Source: Longimicrobiales bacterium (GTDB lineage: Bacteria; Gemmatimonadota; Gemmatimonadetes; Longimicrobiales; Gaopeijiaceae). From it: a DNA stretch of 64,000 nucleotides. Position numbers and translations under genes: made by a program. The DNA is taken from NCBI GenBank assembly GCA_965197725.1, contig CBDANQ010000053.1, positions 19,289 through 83,288 on the forward strand, given 5' to 3'. The notes under the pieces are model-generated. The model was not told where the DNA came from. It did no database searches and worked only from the letters and a program-made list of their open reading frames with translations. Below are positions 1 to 10,674 of this stretch, piece after piece (the first letter of the stretch is position 1; every line of letters begins with the position of its first letter).

Positions 1-395
1 AGGGCCCCGGCACGATTGAGGGGCACGCGTACGATCCGGCTCTGCTCGGCCAGCGCCTGGAGGATCGCCTGCCTACTCCACCAGACAGCGTAGCTGATGA
101 ACTTGATGCCCTTGGTTTCGTCGAACTTATGGGCGGCCCTGATCAGCCCCAGGTTTCCCTCGTTGATCAGGTCGGAGAGAGGGACGCCTTGGTTCTGGTA
201 CTTCTTGGCGACCGACACGACGAAGCGAAGGTTGGAACGCACGAGCTTGTTGAGGGCTTCCTCCTCGCCGACCCGGATCAGCTTGGCGAGTCGTGCTTCC
301 TCTGCTCTGTCGATCAGCGGATAGCGGCTAATCTCTTTCAGGTACTGATCCAGCGAGCCTTCCTTGAAGGAACCGCGTCGGGCGGGGAAGGTCAT
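1..395 (-). CDS. RNA polymerase sigma-70 factor, RpoD/RpoS family (3' end runs off the window)
   Basis: Manual translation from ATG at 395: [70 protein letters not shown] (regions 1.2 and 2). Confidence 0.93.
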   Translation of the reverse strand, partial: MTFPARRGSFKEGSLDQYLKEISRYPLIDRAEEARLAKLIRVGEEEALNKLVRSNLRFVVSVAKKYQNQGVPLSDLINEGNLGLIRAAHKFDETKGIKFISYAVWWSRQAILQALAEQSRIVRVPLNRAGA

Positions 396-516
396 TTGCT
401 GGGCGGTGAGAGGTCTCTGAAGGAGCGGGCGGCCTCGACGGACCGGAGCAAGCCAGCCGACGAGGGAGTAGAATCGGACGCGGTCGAGTCTCGCGCAACC
501 TGGCCCCGGCAGCTTT

Positions 517-1221
517 CTAGCGTACGGCAGCTCCGATGCGTCTCCAGCGGATCTCCCGCAGCCAGCTCGCGCGCTCACCCCCTCGCGGGTCAAAGGAGTA
601 GTAGACCAACCAGGGCCTGCCTCGGATCGCATCCTCGTGGACAAAGCCCCAGTACCGAGAGTCCTCACTGTTATCCCGGTTGTCACCGAGCATGAAGTAG
701 CGTTCCCGTGGCACGACGAGGGGACCCCAGTTGTCCCGGGTCGGCTGATAATCCCACACCGGTGCGGCGACCAGGTGGTTGGATTGCCACCGCATGTCCG
801 GGTGCTCCGCGTCGCCGCGCCGATCCACATGCTGGGCATACGGCTCGTACAGTGGGGCGCCGTTCAGGTAGAGACGCTTGTCCCGCATCTCCAGCGTATC
901 CATCGGAAGCCCTACCAGCCGCTTCACATAGTTCCGATCGGGCTCGTTTGGCGGGTTGAAGACGACCACGTCCCCGCGGCGGGGCTGGGAGATAGCGGGC
1001 AGTCGGAGGTCCGTGCCCGGAACCCGTGCCCCGTAGACGGCCTTGTTCACCAGCAAGAAATCTCCGACGAGCAACGTGTTTTCCATCGAGGAGGTCGGAA
1101 TCTTGAAGGCCTCGACGCCGAAGGACCGGATGACGAGGAAAAGCACGAACGCCACCAAGAGCGACCTGCCCCAGTCCCGGATGTCGGCGATGACTCCCCG
1201 GTCTCCCCCCGAGCCTCGCAC
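517..1221 (-). CDS. lepB: Signal peptidase I
   Basis: [10 protein letters not shown] (Ser), YVKRLVGLP (Lys) and [14 protein letters not shown] motifs; GTG start at 1221 chosen from an RBS, uncertain. Confidence 0.93.
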   Translation of the reverse strand: MRGSGGDRGVIADIRDWGRSLLVAFVLFLVIRSFGVEAFKIPTSSMENTLLVGDFLLVNKAVYGARVPGTDLRLPAISQPRRGDVVVFNPPNEPDRNYVKRLVGLPMDTLEMRDKRLYLNGAPLYEPYAQHVDRRGDAEHPDMRWQSNHLVAAPVWDYQPTRDNWGPLVVPRERYFMLGDNRDNSEDSRYWGFVHEDAIRGRPWLVYYSFDPRGGERASWLREIRWRRIGAAVR

Positions 1222-1453
1222 ATCGCCCTCGCTTCTTGCTAAGATGTCACAAAGGCGCGCGCCGGCGCCGAATACCCCGTCCGCCCCCTGGAGCTCACCG
1301 TACTCCTCGAGCGCTGGTGGGTGTCCGAACATACACAGCCTGGTCGACCTCGTTCCGCAGAGACACTGCGCCGATCAGGGGATCGCATGTACTCTTAGGG
1401 AAGCGCAACCCAGAGACCATACATGCCCATTCTAGCTCTGCTACGGTCCGGCC

Positions 1454-2910
1454 GAAGCTGTCCCAACCGTAGTTGAAGGTCCCTGATAGGGGAGAAAGAA
1501 AAGTGGTGGCTCCGGGGGTCCCGGGCCGATAGGCTCGGGTAGGCAAAAACCCCAACACGGAGCCACCACGATGAAGAGAACGTACGAGGTAAGGGATCGG
1601 GCGGACAAGCGCGCGATCAGGGAGTTCCTGAAGCGGGAGGGGCAGTTTCTGCTTCCGATGCTTGAGCTCGTGGAGCAGACGGAGGTCGCGATCGACGAAG
1701 TCATCCAGGTGATGGGACGAGCGACGATCGAAGCGGTGCTGGAGATGAGCGCCGAGGGTGTGGCAGGCGTGAAGCAGGCAGGTCGGTCACGAGCGGAAGA
1801 CGACACGGTGTGGTATGGCCGGCAGGGTGGTGTGGTTTACCTGTCGGACCGGAAGGTGCGTGTGGAGCGGCCACGGCTCAGGCGCCGGGGCGCCGGGGAG
1901 GGTGGCGAGGTCGAGGTGCCGGCGTACGCAGCGATGCGGAGACCGGGCGCCGTGGCGGATCGGATGCTCGAGGTCCTGATGGCGGGGGTGAGCACGCGAA
2001 AGTACGGCCGTGTGATCGGTGAGATGGCCGACACGGTCGGGGTGAGCAAGTCGGCGGTGAGCCGTGAGACGGTCGAGGCCTCGGAGCGCGTGCTGAAGGA
2101 GCTGATGGAGCGCCGGCTGGATGCGTGGGACCTCCTGGTGATCTACCTGGACGGGATCCAGATGGGCTCGCACCACGTGCTTGCTGCGGTAGGCGTGGAC
2201 TCAGACGGAAAGAAGCACGTGCTGGGCGTGAGGGAAGGAGCGAGTGAGAACGCCGAGGTGACCAGCGCGCTCCTAGAGGATCTGGTCGAGCGCGGCCTGG
2301 ACCCGGGCAGGCGGCGGCTGTTCGTGATCGATGGCTCGAAAGCGCTCAGGAAGGCGATCGAGAAGGTGTTCGGCCAACGTCACCCCATCCAGCGCTGCCG
2401 CAACCACAAGCTCCGCAACGTGCTGGGTCATCTGCCGAAGGATCAGCATCCTCAGGTGAAGGCGGCGTTCCGGGCGGCGATGAAGCTGGACGCGAAGCAG
2501 GGCGAGCAGAAGCTCGAGCAGCTCGCCCGATGGCTCGAGCGCGACCACCCCTCGGCCGCAGCCAGCCTGCGCGAAGGCCTCAGCGAGATGTTCACCATAA
2601 ACCGGCTCGGCCTCCCACCGCGGCTGAGGAAGTGCCTGGGCTCGACCAACCTGATCGACAGCACCCACTCGGGCGTAAGACGGAAGACCCGCAGGGTGAC
2701 TAACTGGAAGAACGGAGCGATGGCCTTGCGCTGGGCTGCGGCCTCGTTCGTGGAAACCGAGAAGAGCTACCGGAGGATCATCGGCTACGACCAGCTCTGG
2801 ATGCTCAGGGCCCACCTCGACGACCATGAACCGGTTGCCGAAATGAGAAAGACAGGCTAACCAAGAGACTCTCCGGCGCCACCACCTTCAACTGTCAGCG
2901 GGACACCATC
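1454..2910 (+). mobile_element. IS256-family insertion sequence
   Basis: Imperfect terminal IRs GAAGCTGTCCCAACCGTAGTTGAAGGT / GATGGTGTCCCGCTGACAGTTGAAGGT; 8-bp target duplication GTCCGGCC at 1446-1453 and 2911-2918. Confidence 0.93.
1571..2860 (+). CDS. IS256-family (mutator-type) transposase
   Basis: GVSTRK, IYLDG, FVIDGSKAL, IQRCRNHKLRNV and STNLIDS motifs. Confidence 0.95.
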   Translation: MKRTYEVRDRADKRAIREFLKREGQFLLPMLELVEQTEVAIDEVIQVMGRATIEAVLEMSAEGVAGVKQAGRSRAEDDTVWYGRQGGVVYLSDRKVRVERPRLRRRGAGEGGEVEVPAYAAMRRPGAVADRMLEVLMAGVSTRKYGRVIGEMADTVGVSKSAVSRETVEASERVLKELMERRLDAWDLLVIYLDGIQMGSHHVLAAVGVDSDGKKHVLGVREGASENAEVTSALLEDLVERGLDPGRRRLFVIDGSKALRKAIEKVFGQRHPIQRCRNHKLRNVLGHLPKDQHPQVKAAFRAAMKLDAKQGEQKLEQLARWLERDHPSAAASLREGLSEMFTINRLGLPPRLRKCLGSTNLIDSTHSGVRRKTRRVTNWKNGAMALRWAAASFVETEKSYRRIIGYDQLWMLRAHLDDHEPVAEMRKTG

Positions 2911-3700
2911 GTCCGGCCGGGGCCCGAGCCCCCTTGCGCTCCTCGCGACCCTGCTCGTGCTCTCCGGAGTCTTCGCGCTGATGCGTGGTCGCATTTCGAC
3001 GACGCACAACCTCGACGAGACTTCTCAACCGTGCGATGAGGCCTACGACCCCTTGTGTACCTCCGAGCTGGACGGGGGGGCCGCGAGACAAGGACTCACC
3101 GCGCGGCCTGAGGGGACGGCCGGACCCGTGCTATCCGCCGAGACCGCATGCCTCAACGTCGGGTACTTGTGTTCGGAGCTGGAGTCCAGGGGCATGGTGC
3201 AGATTCAGCGGTGGAAGGACTTCCAGGGCACGATCGTCGTGCACATTCCGCGACCTGACTTCTTGCCATCCGGCGACGCCCGACGGCTTCAAGCCGGGGC
3301 CGCCGCAGGGGTCCGGCAGTGGAGCGGTCAGCCCTTCCCGATCACCGTGGACGAGCGCGGAAACCGCGAGGCACACTTCGAGGTGCAGTGGCGCAGTTCA
3401 CTCGACGGCCGTCAGATCGGAGTGGCGCGCACCCAGTGGTCCTCGCAGCGGGGCTTGGAGGTCGTCAAGCTCGAGCTCGCCACCCAGAACCCCTTCGCAC
3501 GGAGCGGGACGCTCGAAGCCCGTCAAGTGCGACTTACCGCGGCGCACGAGATGGGCCACGCCCTGGGCATTCTCATGCACAGTGACAACGCGCGCGACGT
3601 GATGTACGCGACCAATACCGCGACCTCGCTGAGCGCACGCGACTACCGCACCATGGAAGCGTTGTACGCGCTGGCGGACGGCACCACGATCATTCGCTGA

Positions 3701-3913
3701 GCTAGTGCCCCTGTCCCAGAAGCTCGCCGGCATTCGGGAACCGATGCATCCACGCTGGCTGCGTTGCTCCTCGACCCATGCCTTCGGCGTGGGCGCCCCA
3801 TAGCCCTGCTATTCCTCGTCGTCGCGCCTTGGGGCACCGCTCGCCGAAAGGCGAGTGGTCGCGGCGCCTCGACACCCTCGGTGCGCGCCGAACTTCTGGG
3901 ACAGGACACTAGC
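3701..3913. mobile_element. MITE-like element with CTAG ends
   Basis: Terminal IRs GCTAGTGCCCCTGTCCCAGAAG / GCTAGTGTCCTGTCCCAGAAG, internal hairpins, no transposase. Confidence 0.75.
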
Positions 3914-3940
3914 ATCGTGGCTTCTACGCGATTGGGGGCA

Positions 3941-5908
3941 TCAGCGCTCGCCGCCGAAACTCAGGATGCCCTTCACGTACATCGCCCACCCGGGCGCCAC
4001 GAAGCCGAAGACCTCCTCGAAGTCCTGGTCGAGCACGTTCTCCACCCGAAGCTCCAGCACGAACCCGGGACCGCCGGCCCCGGCAGTGACAACCTCGACA
4101 GATCCGCCCAAAGCGAGGTTGCTGTATCGAGCCAGTTGTACGGGCAAGGCCGGAAACTGTGTGAAGTCCCGGTCGGCTCGCGTTCCGACGACGGAGACAT
4201 CGGCAAACAGTTGTGCGCGGCTGCCCGCAGCGGCGGCCACACGCGCGTTGAAGGTGTGCTTGGGCCGCCTCAGCAGCGATTCCCCCCCGACGAAGGTTGC
4301 GCCGGGGCCCTCGTCGAATCCGGAGTTGGTGACCTCGGTGTCGAGTCGGGTCCACGAAGCAGAGCCACGGAACGAACCGACTACGCCGTCGACCTCGACC
4401 TCCAGGCCGCGGCTGCTGGCGGCCGCCACATTGAAGAAGTTCGGATCGGTCGGAGCCGCCGTTGCGAACGTGAACTGGATCAAGTCTTCGAACGATTGCT
4501 CGAACCAGGTTGCGCGAAAGCGAGCGTCGCCCCCAAAGAGGACCTGATCGATCCCGAGCTCCCACGAGCGAGAGCGCTCCGGCTCGAGATTCTCGTTCCC
4601 CCTCGCGAAGCCAGTCGCAAAGTTCTCGAAGAATGTGGGCTCCTTGAGTGACGTGCCGGCGGAGGCGCGGAGTCGAGTACCGATTCGCTCCGACGCCAGC
4701 CACGAGGCGCCTATCTGCCACGTGCCGAACGTGCCGAACCTCTCATTGTCTTCGAGCCGCTGGCCGAGGTTCACCGCGATGCGGCTCCGCTCACCGGTCA
4801 CATGTACGTAGTACGCCTTGTTCAGGCGGGCGTGCTCGCTCCGGCCGGAAGAGGTACCAAACTGGCTCTGGGACTGGTTGAAGGAGCGTTGGCGCTCCTC
4901 CTCGAGCTCCCACCCTCCGGTTGCGACGAAGTCCCCTAGGCGTGCGTTGGCGCGCAGGTCGACGGTCCCGCGACGCACGTGGTCGAGACTCGAGAAACCA
5001 AAGAAGCCCAGCGAGTCGGCCGCGTGGTCGGGCGCGTCGTCCGAACCGCCGTCAGTATCTACGATGCCAACGCGTGCCTGCACATCGACCATAGACGACA
5101 GAGCTCGACTCACCGAGGCGCTGAGGAGCGTCTCGTCGGCATACGTGAACGCGTTCCGATCCACTACGATGCCGGAGCCGTCCGTGGGAAAGTGGTATTC
5201 GCGGTCGCCGATACGAAACGAGATGTCGGCGCGCGTGCGATCGTCCGGCAGGAAGCTCGCCCGACCGCTCACCACCTTATTGTCGTGTCGGTTGTTGAAC
5301 GCCAGGATTCCGTCGGTCCTGGAGCGCGACAGCGAGATGCTGTATCCGGCCCGCTCCGTGCCACCGGCTGCTCTGGCGGACCAGTCACGCCGGCCAAAGG
5401 AGCCGAGGCGGGTCACCAGAGTTCCTGTCATGGGTCCGCGCCCCGTCGAAGTAATGACGTGGATGACCCCGGCCACCGCGTCCGACCCGTGTAGCGCGCT
5501 GGAAGGACCCCGCACGATCTCGATCCTCTCCACGTTCCAGAGCGTGAGCGCCGCAAAGTCGAACGCGCCTCCCGGCTGGTTCACCTGGACACCGTCGACC
5601 AATACCAGGACGTAGTCACTCTCCCCTCCCCGTAGGAAGACCGAGGTCGCAGCGCCGAACGAGCCACTTTGCACGACCGCCAGCCCGGACACGGTTCGCA
5701 GCGCGTCCTCAACGGTGGCGAGGCCCCGGGACCGCAGCTCTCCACCCTCGAGTACGGTGACGTTGGAAGAGATCGCGTCGGCGACTCGGGCTGTGGGGCT
5801 GGTCGTGACGACCAGGCCTTCGAGCGAGAATGCGCGGTCCTGCGCGACGAGCGGGAACGGGCTCAAGAGAGCAGCGAGTGCCAGGACGGCCGGAGTTCTG
5901 CGGGCCAT
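3941..5908 (-). CDS. btuB: TonB-dependent receptor, probable cobalamin transporter (BtuB-like)
   Basis: Signal peptide, plug motifs (FLRGGESDYVLVLVDGV, ERIEIVRGPSSALHGSDAVAGVI), upstream B12 riboswitch. Confidence 0.8.
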   Translation of the reverse strand: MARRTPAVLALAALLSPFPLVAQDRAFSLEGLVVTTSPTARVADAISSNVTVLEGGELRSRGLATVEDALRTVSGLAVVQSGSFGAATSVFLRGGESDYVLVLVDGVQVNQPGGAFDFAALTLWNVERIEIVRGPSSALHGSDAVAGVIHVITSTGRGPMTGTLVTRLGSFGRRDWSARAAGGTERAGYSISLSRSRTDGILAFNNRHDNKVVSGRASFLPDDRTRADISFRIGDREYHFPTDGSGIVVDRNAFTYADETLLSASVSRALSSMVDVQARVGIVDTDGGSDDAPDHAADSLGFFGFSSLDHVRRGTVDLRANARLGDFVATGGWELEEERQRSFNQSQSQFGTSSGRSEHARLNKAYYVHVTGERSRIAVNLGQRLEDNERFGTFGTWQIGASWLASERIGTRLRASAGTSLKEPTFFENFATGFARGNENLEPERSRSWELGIDQVLFGGDARFRATWFEQSFEDLIQFTFATAAPTDPNFFNVAAASSRGLEVEVDGVVGSFRGSASWTRLDTEVTNSGFDEGPGATFVGGESLLRRPKHTFNARVAAAAGSRAQLFADVSVVGTRADRDFTQFPALPVQLARYSNLALGGSVEVVTAGAGGPGFVLELRVENVLDQDFEEVFGFVAPGWAMYVKGILSFGGER

Positions 5909-5942
5909 AACCCCCCCACGGAGATGTTCGGCTGGTACGGGT

Positions 5943-6095
5943 GGTCCAGGTCTCCTGGCTCGAGGCCGACTGCCCGCCTTCCCAGGGATCAACCCCAGTG
6001 GCTCCGGTGAACAGCCGTTCCGACTACGTCAGACCTCTCACAGTGGCGGGGCCGCGCCGGAATCTCACCGGCTTCCGATATGGCCCACCCGTATG
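5943..6095 (-). promoter_or_regulatory. Cobalamin riboswitch
   Basis: Minus strand reads GGAAGCCGGTGAGATTCCGGCGCGGCCCCGCCACTGTGA...GCCACTGG...GGGAAGGC...GAGCCAGGAGACCTG (B12-box hallmarks). Confidence 0.93.
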
Positions 6096-6170
6096 ATCGA
6101 TTGTGGGAGAATATATATCGATCCGATGCCTCGGGGCAAAGGGCGGCTCTGGCCTTGCGCTGATTATACG

Positions 6171-7532
6171 CTAGCCGTCCCGCACGAGGCCGTATCGCTC
6201 GATCTTCTTGTAGAGATTCGAGCGTGGCATCTCAATCCGGCGCGCGGTTTCGGCAACATTCCATTCGTTCTCACGCAGCTTCTGAACGATGTACGCGCGC
6301 TCGGCGCTCTCCTTGAACTCCACGAACGTCTCGAGTCCGAGGATCTCCCCGGCCATGCTTGGAGAGCCACCCCTCCCAGACGCGAGCAGGTCGACGTCTT
6401 CGGGCCCCACCTCGTGAGATCCAGAGAGTATGAGCAGGCGTTCGACCGTATTGCGAAGCTCCCGCACGTTTCCAGGCCACGGAAGCGCCTGTAGCCGTTC
6501 GATCGCGGACGCCGAAAAGTGCTTCGGGACCACGCCTCGCCCGTTCGCCATCTGCTCGCAGAAGTGACCTATCAGCATCGGGACGTCGTCGCGCCGCTCG
6601 CGCAGAGCGGGTACCTGAATCGGGACTACGTTCAACCTGTAAAAGAGATCCTCGCGGAAAGCTCCGACTTCGATCTGCTGCTCGAGATCCTTGTTCGTCG
6701 CGGAGATGACGCGAACATCCACCTCGATCGACTTGGAGCCACCTACGCGGGTGAGGACTCCCTGCTCGAGCACCCGGAGGACTTTCGCCTGAGCCTCGAG
6801 CGACATGTCTCCGATCTCGTCCAGAAAGAGTGTCCCGCCATGCGCCTGTTCGAACTTCCCCTCCCGGTCGGCGACGGCCCCAGTGAACGATCCCTTAATG
6901 TGCCCGAAGAGAGCCGACTCGATCAGTTCTGATGGGATCGCCGCACAGTTGACCTCCACGAATGACTTGTCTGATCGCGACGAGAGCCGGTGAATCGCTC
7001 GAGCGACCAACTCTTTGCCGGTTCCATTCTCCCCGGTGATCAGAACGCGAGCTTCGGTCGGGGCGACCTTTTCCACGCGGTCGAGCACCTGCCGTACCTG
7101 ATAGGACGTGCCGACGATCTCGTATCGGCTCTCGACCTGACTCTGGAGGTCCGCGATGCTGTCGGTGAGCCCCTTGAGCTCGAGCGCCCGACGTAGGGTG
7201 ACCAACAGGCGATCGGTGTCGAGCGGCTTCTCGAGGAAGTCGTACGCGCCATTCCGGGTTGCCTCGATAGCCGTCTCGATCGTTCCGTGACCCGAAATCA
7301 TCACGACCAACGCCCCCGGACATTCGGTGCGGAGGCGTGCCAACACGTCCAGGCCGTCCATGCCGGGCATCTTCACGTCCAGGAAGATCACATCCGGGTG
7401 AAAGGACTCTGCCGTGAGAAGCGCATCGGGCCCATCCCCGGCCACACGAACGTCATGGCCCTCGTACTCGAAGACTTGAGCGAGCGCCTCCCGGATCCCC
7501 TTCTCGTCATCGACTACCACCAGCCTTGCCAT
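6171..7532 (-). CDS. Sigma-54-dependent response regulator (NtrC/NtrX family)
   Basis: REC domain, GENGTGKE Walker A, GSFTGA, FREDLFYRLNV, C-terminal HTH. Confidence 0.93.
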   Translation of the reverse strand: MARLVVVDDEKGIREALAQVFEYEGHDVRVAGDGPDALLTAESFHPDVIFLDVKMPGMDGLDVLARLRTECPGALVVMISGHGTIETAIEATRNGAYDFLEKPLDTDRLLVTLRRALELKGLTDSIADLQSQVESRYEIVGTSYQVRQVLDRVEKVAPTEARVLITGENGTGKELVARAIHRLSSRSDKSFVEVNCAAIPSELIESALFGHIKGSFTGAVADREGKFEQAHGGTLFLDEIGDMSLEAQAKVLRVLEQGVLTRVGGSKSIEVDVRVISATNKDLEQQIEVGAFREDLFYRLNVVPIQVPALRERRDDVPMLIGHFCEQMANGRGVVPKHFSASAIERLQALPWPGNVRELRNTVERLLILSGSHEVGPEDVDLLASGRGGSPSMAGEILGLETFVEFKESAERAYIVQKLRENEWNVAETARRIEMPRSNLYKKIERYGLVRDG

Positions 7533-8207
7533 CTACCGCGTCCCCTCACGCTCGTCATCGGTCGCAGGAGCCACGTCGGCGAGCATCACCAAGCTGTCTC
7601 TCTGTACGAACACCGAGCGCAGGCCATCGGGCAGCGGGACCTCGAGCGCGTCGTCCGGTAGGCTCGCGGGCCGCGACGGTCCGAATGCCTTGAGCACCTC
7701 GGCTACCAGCCGAGCCGGAATGGGAATCCTCGCGGCCTGTAGCCGGTCGACGAGCAGCGCCACATGACGCTGGTCTAGGGGCACGAGCGAGCCGCGGATC
7801 TCTATCAGGATCGTGTCCGGAAGCAAGCCGATGATCTGATCGAGCCGGGGCAAGTCCGGGAAGGCCTCGACGGCGACCCTGGCTGACAGGTGCACACGTC
7901 CCTTGTCCAGCTCGATCGTAGGCGCGGTGATCCCGCGAGGCACGATTCCGGGTAGCGAATGCCTCACCACGGCGGACAACTCGGTGCCCCCGAGCATGAG
8001 CCGGTCACCGGCCTCTCCGGCTCGGAACCGCTCGAAGAGGTCCATTGTCCGCTCGGCGAGCTCGGGCGTTGGCTGTGCGTCCGGAACCGCCGGGGCCGTG
8101 GGATCGATACCCAACGCCCGCTCGATACCCGGAAAGACCGCCGGACCCCACAGAAAACCGGCGTACGCCACGAGGATCAGGACGACAGCGGAGAGGATCT
8201 TCTTCAT
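7533..8207 (-). CDS. Hypothetical membrane-anchored protein
   Basis: N-terminal hydrophobic helix; directly abuts the downstream gene. Confidence 0.7.
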   Translation of the reverse strand: MKKILSAVVLILVAYAGFLWGPAVFPGIERALGIDPTAPAVPDAQPTPELAERTMDLFERFRAGEAGDRLMLGGTELSAVVRHSLPGIVPRGITAPTIELDKGRVHLSARVAVEAFPDLPRLDQIIGLLPDTILIEIRGSLVPLDQRHVALLVDRLQAARIPIPARLVAEVLKAFGPSRPASLPDDALEVPLPDGLRSVFVQRDSLVMLADVAPATDDEREGTR

Positions 8208-8225
8208 GCGCGAGCCCGGAACCCC

Positions 8226-8786
8226 TTAGGTGGCGAGTTTCGCGCTGGACAGTACGCTATAGCGCGCGCCGTCCTTAGACAGGTTGCTGCGAAGGAGATC
8301 GATCGTCCGCACCTTCACCTCAGCCGAGAACTCCATATCGGCAACGAGCTGATCGAGCCTCCGGAACGCGCCGGCCCCTCCGCGGTCGTCCGCCCTCCCC
8401 AAGGTGATATGGGGGTGAAACGCCCGCGTTTCAGGCTCGAAGCCGCAGTCGCTCATCGCCCACTCGAGGTCCTGCTTGAGACACCGCAGTGAGGCGGTCG
8501 CGCCTAGGCCCAGCCAGAGCATGCGAGGCCGCCGAATGGTCGGGAACGCCCCGAATCCGCCGAATTCGGCCGAAAAACTCGCCGTGGTGCTCGCGACCTT
8601 CACCATTGCGGCCTCGATCGGCGGAACGTCCTCGGGCCGGACTTCTCCGAGGAATTTGAGTGTGACGTGATAGTTCTCGAGATCCACCCACCGAACCGGC
8701 AGCTCTTCTTCCCGCAGGACGCGGGCAGCACGATGGATTCGCTCGCGCTGCTTTTTCGGGAACGTGAGACCAATAAACAGCCGCAT
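8226..8786 (-). CDS. thpR: RNA 2',3'-cyclic phosphodiesterase
   Basis: MRLFIG start and two HxT motifs (HVTLKFLG, HITLGR). Confidence 0.92.
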   Translation of the reverse strand: MRLFIGLTFPKKQRERIHRAARVLREEELPVRWVDLENYHVTLKFLGEVRPEDVPPIEAAMVKVASTTASFSAEFGGFGAFPTIRRPRMLWLGLGATASLRCLKQDLEWAMSDCGFEPETRAFHPHITLGRADDRGGAGAFRRLDQLVADMEFSAEVKVRTIDLLRSNLSKDGARYSVLSSAKLAT

Positions 8787-8908
8787 CCTGTGTGGATTCC
8801 TAGTGTGAACTATGAAGTCCTGAGTTACACATGACACCCCACTCACGGTCCAGTCGATCCGCTCTACGCCGTCGATCGAGTAGCGAGGTGTGACCCACAA
8901 GCCGTTGC

Positions 8909-9856
8909 TCACTTCGGCCCATCCACCAGCAGCCTTTGAGTCGGATATGCGAACTCGATGTCCGGCGACTCGGCGACGACTTCCAGAATCCGCTCCCAGA
9001 GTGCCTCCGCGGTCCCCCGGCGCTGCCGCGGGCGGCAGAGGTAGCGGATCGTGAGCAAGACCCCTGACTCCGCTACGGATGTGTATACCATCGGTGTCAG
9101 CGTCCGGTAGTGGATCAGGAGTCGCCTGTCGGCATCGGCACGGGGGCTCCGAGCCTCCGCCACCACCTCTTCGGTAAACTCGGTCACCAGCGCCGAAAGC
9201 AGCTCCTTGGCTCGCTTCCAATCGCTCTCGAATGTCACGCGAACCGGCAGTTCGTTCCATAGGTAAGTAAAGCCGGCGGAGTAGTTGGCCAGCGGCTCGG
9301 TGAACACCAGCGCGTTGGGTACGTGGATCACGCGCCCCGTGCTCTGGTCCGCCTCCACCCAGTTGCCGATCTCCATGATCGCGAATTGGAAGATCCCACG
9401 ATCGACCACATCGCCAGCGTGCGGCCCGATCTGAATGCGATCACCGAGGTCGAAGGGCCGCCGCGCCAGAATGAAGACCCACCCAGCGAAGTCCGCCACG
9501 AGATCCTTGAGCGCGATCGCAAGGCCCGCCGAGAGCAGTCCGAAGAATGTGCCGAGAGAGCGGATGGCGGTGGACCAGACCAGGACCAGCGCCAGCAGAC
9601 CCAGCGCCAACGCTACGTACCGGGAGATCTTGGTCCACCGGTACTGGACACCTGTGTCCACGACGCGCCTGCGCACCACCACGAGCAGTGCCCGGCGCAC
9701 GGACAAGATGCTCAGGACGACGAGAATCGAGACGAGGATCTGGACCTGCGTCCCCGTCGCGAGGCCTCCAAGCCCGTCAGCGAATGCGGCTATCGAGTTG
9801 TCGTCCTGTTGGATCATGCCCGCTACGCGGGCGAAGGCGTGTATTCCTAGGCTCAT
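8909..9856 (-). CDS. Small-conductance mechanosensitive channel (MscS family)
   Basis: TM helices, GLAIALKDLVA, RPFDLGDRIQIG, IEFAYPTQ. Confidence 0.9.
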   Translation of the reverse strand: MSLGIHAFARVAGMIQQDDNSIAAFADGLGGLATGTQVQILVSILVVLSILSVRRALLVVVRRRVVDTGVQYRWTKISRYVALALGLLALVLVWSTAIRSLGTFFGLLSAGLAIALKDLVADFAGWVFILARRPFDLGDRIQIGPHAGDVVDRGIFQFAIMEIGNWVEADQSTGRVIHVPNALVFTEPLANYSAGFTYLWNELPVRVTFESDWKRAKELLSALVTEFTEEVVAEARSPRADADRRLLIHYRTLTPMVYTSVAESGVLLTIRYLCRPRQRRGTAEALWERILEVVAESPDIEFAYPTQRLLVDGPK

Positions 9857-9975
9857 GGGTTGTTCTCTCCCGGGCGCGTCCCCGCTTCCGTCGTGATCAA
9901 GACGACCGCACCGAGGATGATGGCCGCTGCCCCGAGCGAACGGAAGGTCAGCGGTTCATTTCCCAGATCACGCAT
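9853..9975 (-). pseudogene. C-terminal fragment of an EamA/DMT transporter
   Basis: LGNEPLTFRSLGAAAIILGAVVLIT resembles the last EamA helix; upstream part absent. Confidence 0.55.
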
Positions 9976-10269
9976 ACAGCCACGAAAGCCACACCACCCG
10001 ATCACTCCCGCACGTGATCCAAGTATCGGTATTGGAGGGCCTTGGCCGCATCGCGTTAGCGGATCTCCTCCGCGCCGTCCAGGTCGGCGGTCGTGCGAGC
10101 CACCTTCAAGATCCGGTGGTAGGAGCGCGCTGACAGACCCACGCGATCGACTGCGCGTTGAAGGAGGCGTAGCACACCTCGACTCGGCCGGCACCACCGA
10201 CGCAACTCCATGGGAAGCGCTACGGCCCCGAGATCCGTGCGTTCGCGGGATCGTCGTCCCTACCCTCAG

Positions 10270-10430
10270 GTGACTCCCTGCCAGACCGCCTCCGCTTCAT
10301 CCGGTGGACGTCGGGGCTAACGCAGGACGATCTCGCAAGGCACCCAGGAGTGAATCGATGCACAGTGTCGGCTTGGAGGCCGGTCGTGACTCGCCGAATC
10401 GTGCGAACCGTCATGCGATCGAGGTAACAA
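10270..10430 (+). pseudogene. Frameshifted XRE-family HTH regulator remnant
   Basis: Manual translation LPDRLRFIRWTSGLTQDDLARHPGVNRCTVSAW / EAGRDSP. Confidence 0.55.
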
Positions 10431-10674
10431 TGACGTTCGCTCTCGGAGAGGACGGTTGGGGGGTCTGTAGAACAAGCGAGAACCTGCTAGGGCGGCCCGA
10501 GGGTGAGAGAGCCTCTGTCGCTTGAGTCTCAGACCAAAACCGGTGCACTGCTCGAACCAGCGACAGTGACCGACGTGCGCGGAGCCGACCTCCGCGTACA
10601 TTGAGAACCTCCGCAGGTGACGCGGGCTTCGCTATCGCTGGGAGCGGAAGTTTTCTTCTTCGAAAGGAGGAAGC

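Larger units (their letters stand above)
1423..3700 (+). pseudogene. Matrixin-like zinc metalloprotease interrupted by IS256
   Basis: HEMGHALGILMH zinc motif plus Met-turn (DVMY); ATG at 1423 joins in frame to ORF 2957-3700 once the IS and one TSD copy are removed. Confidence 0.8.
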
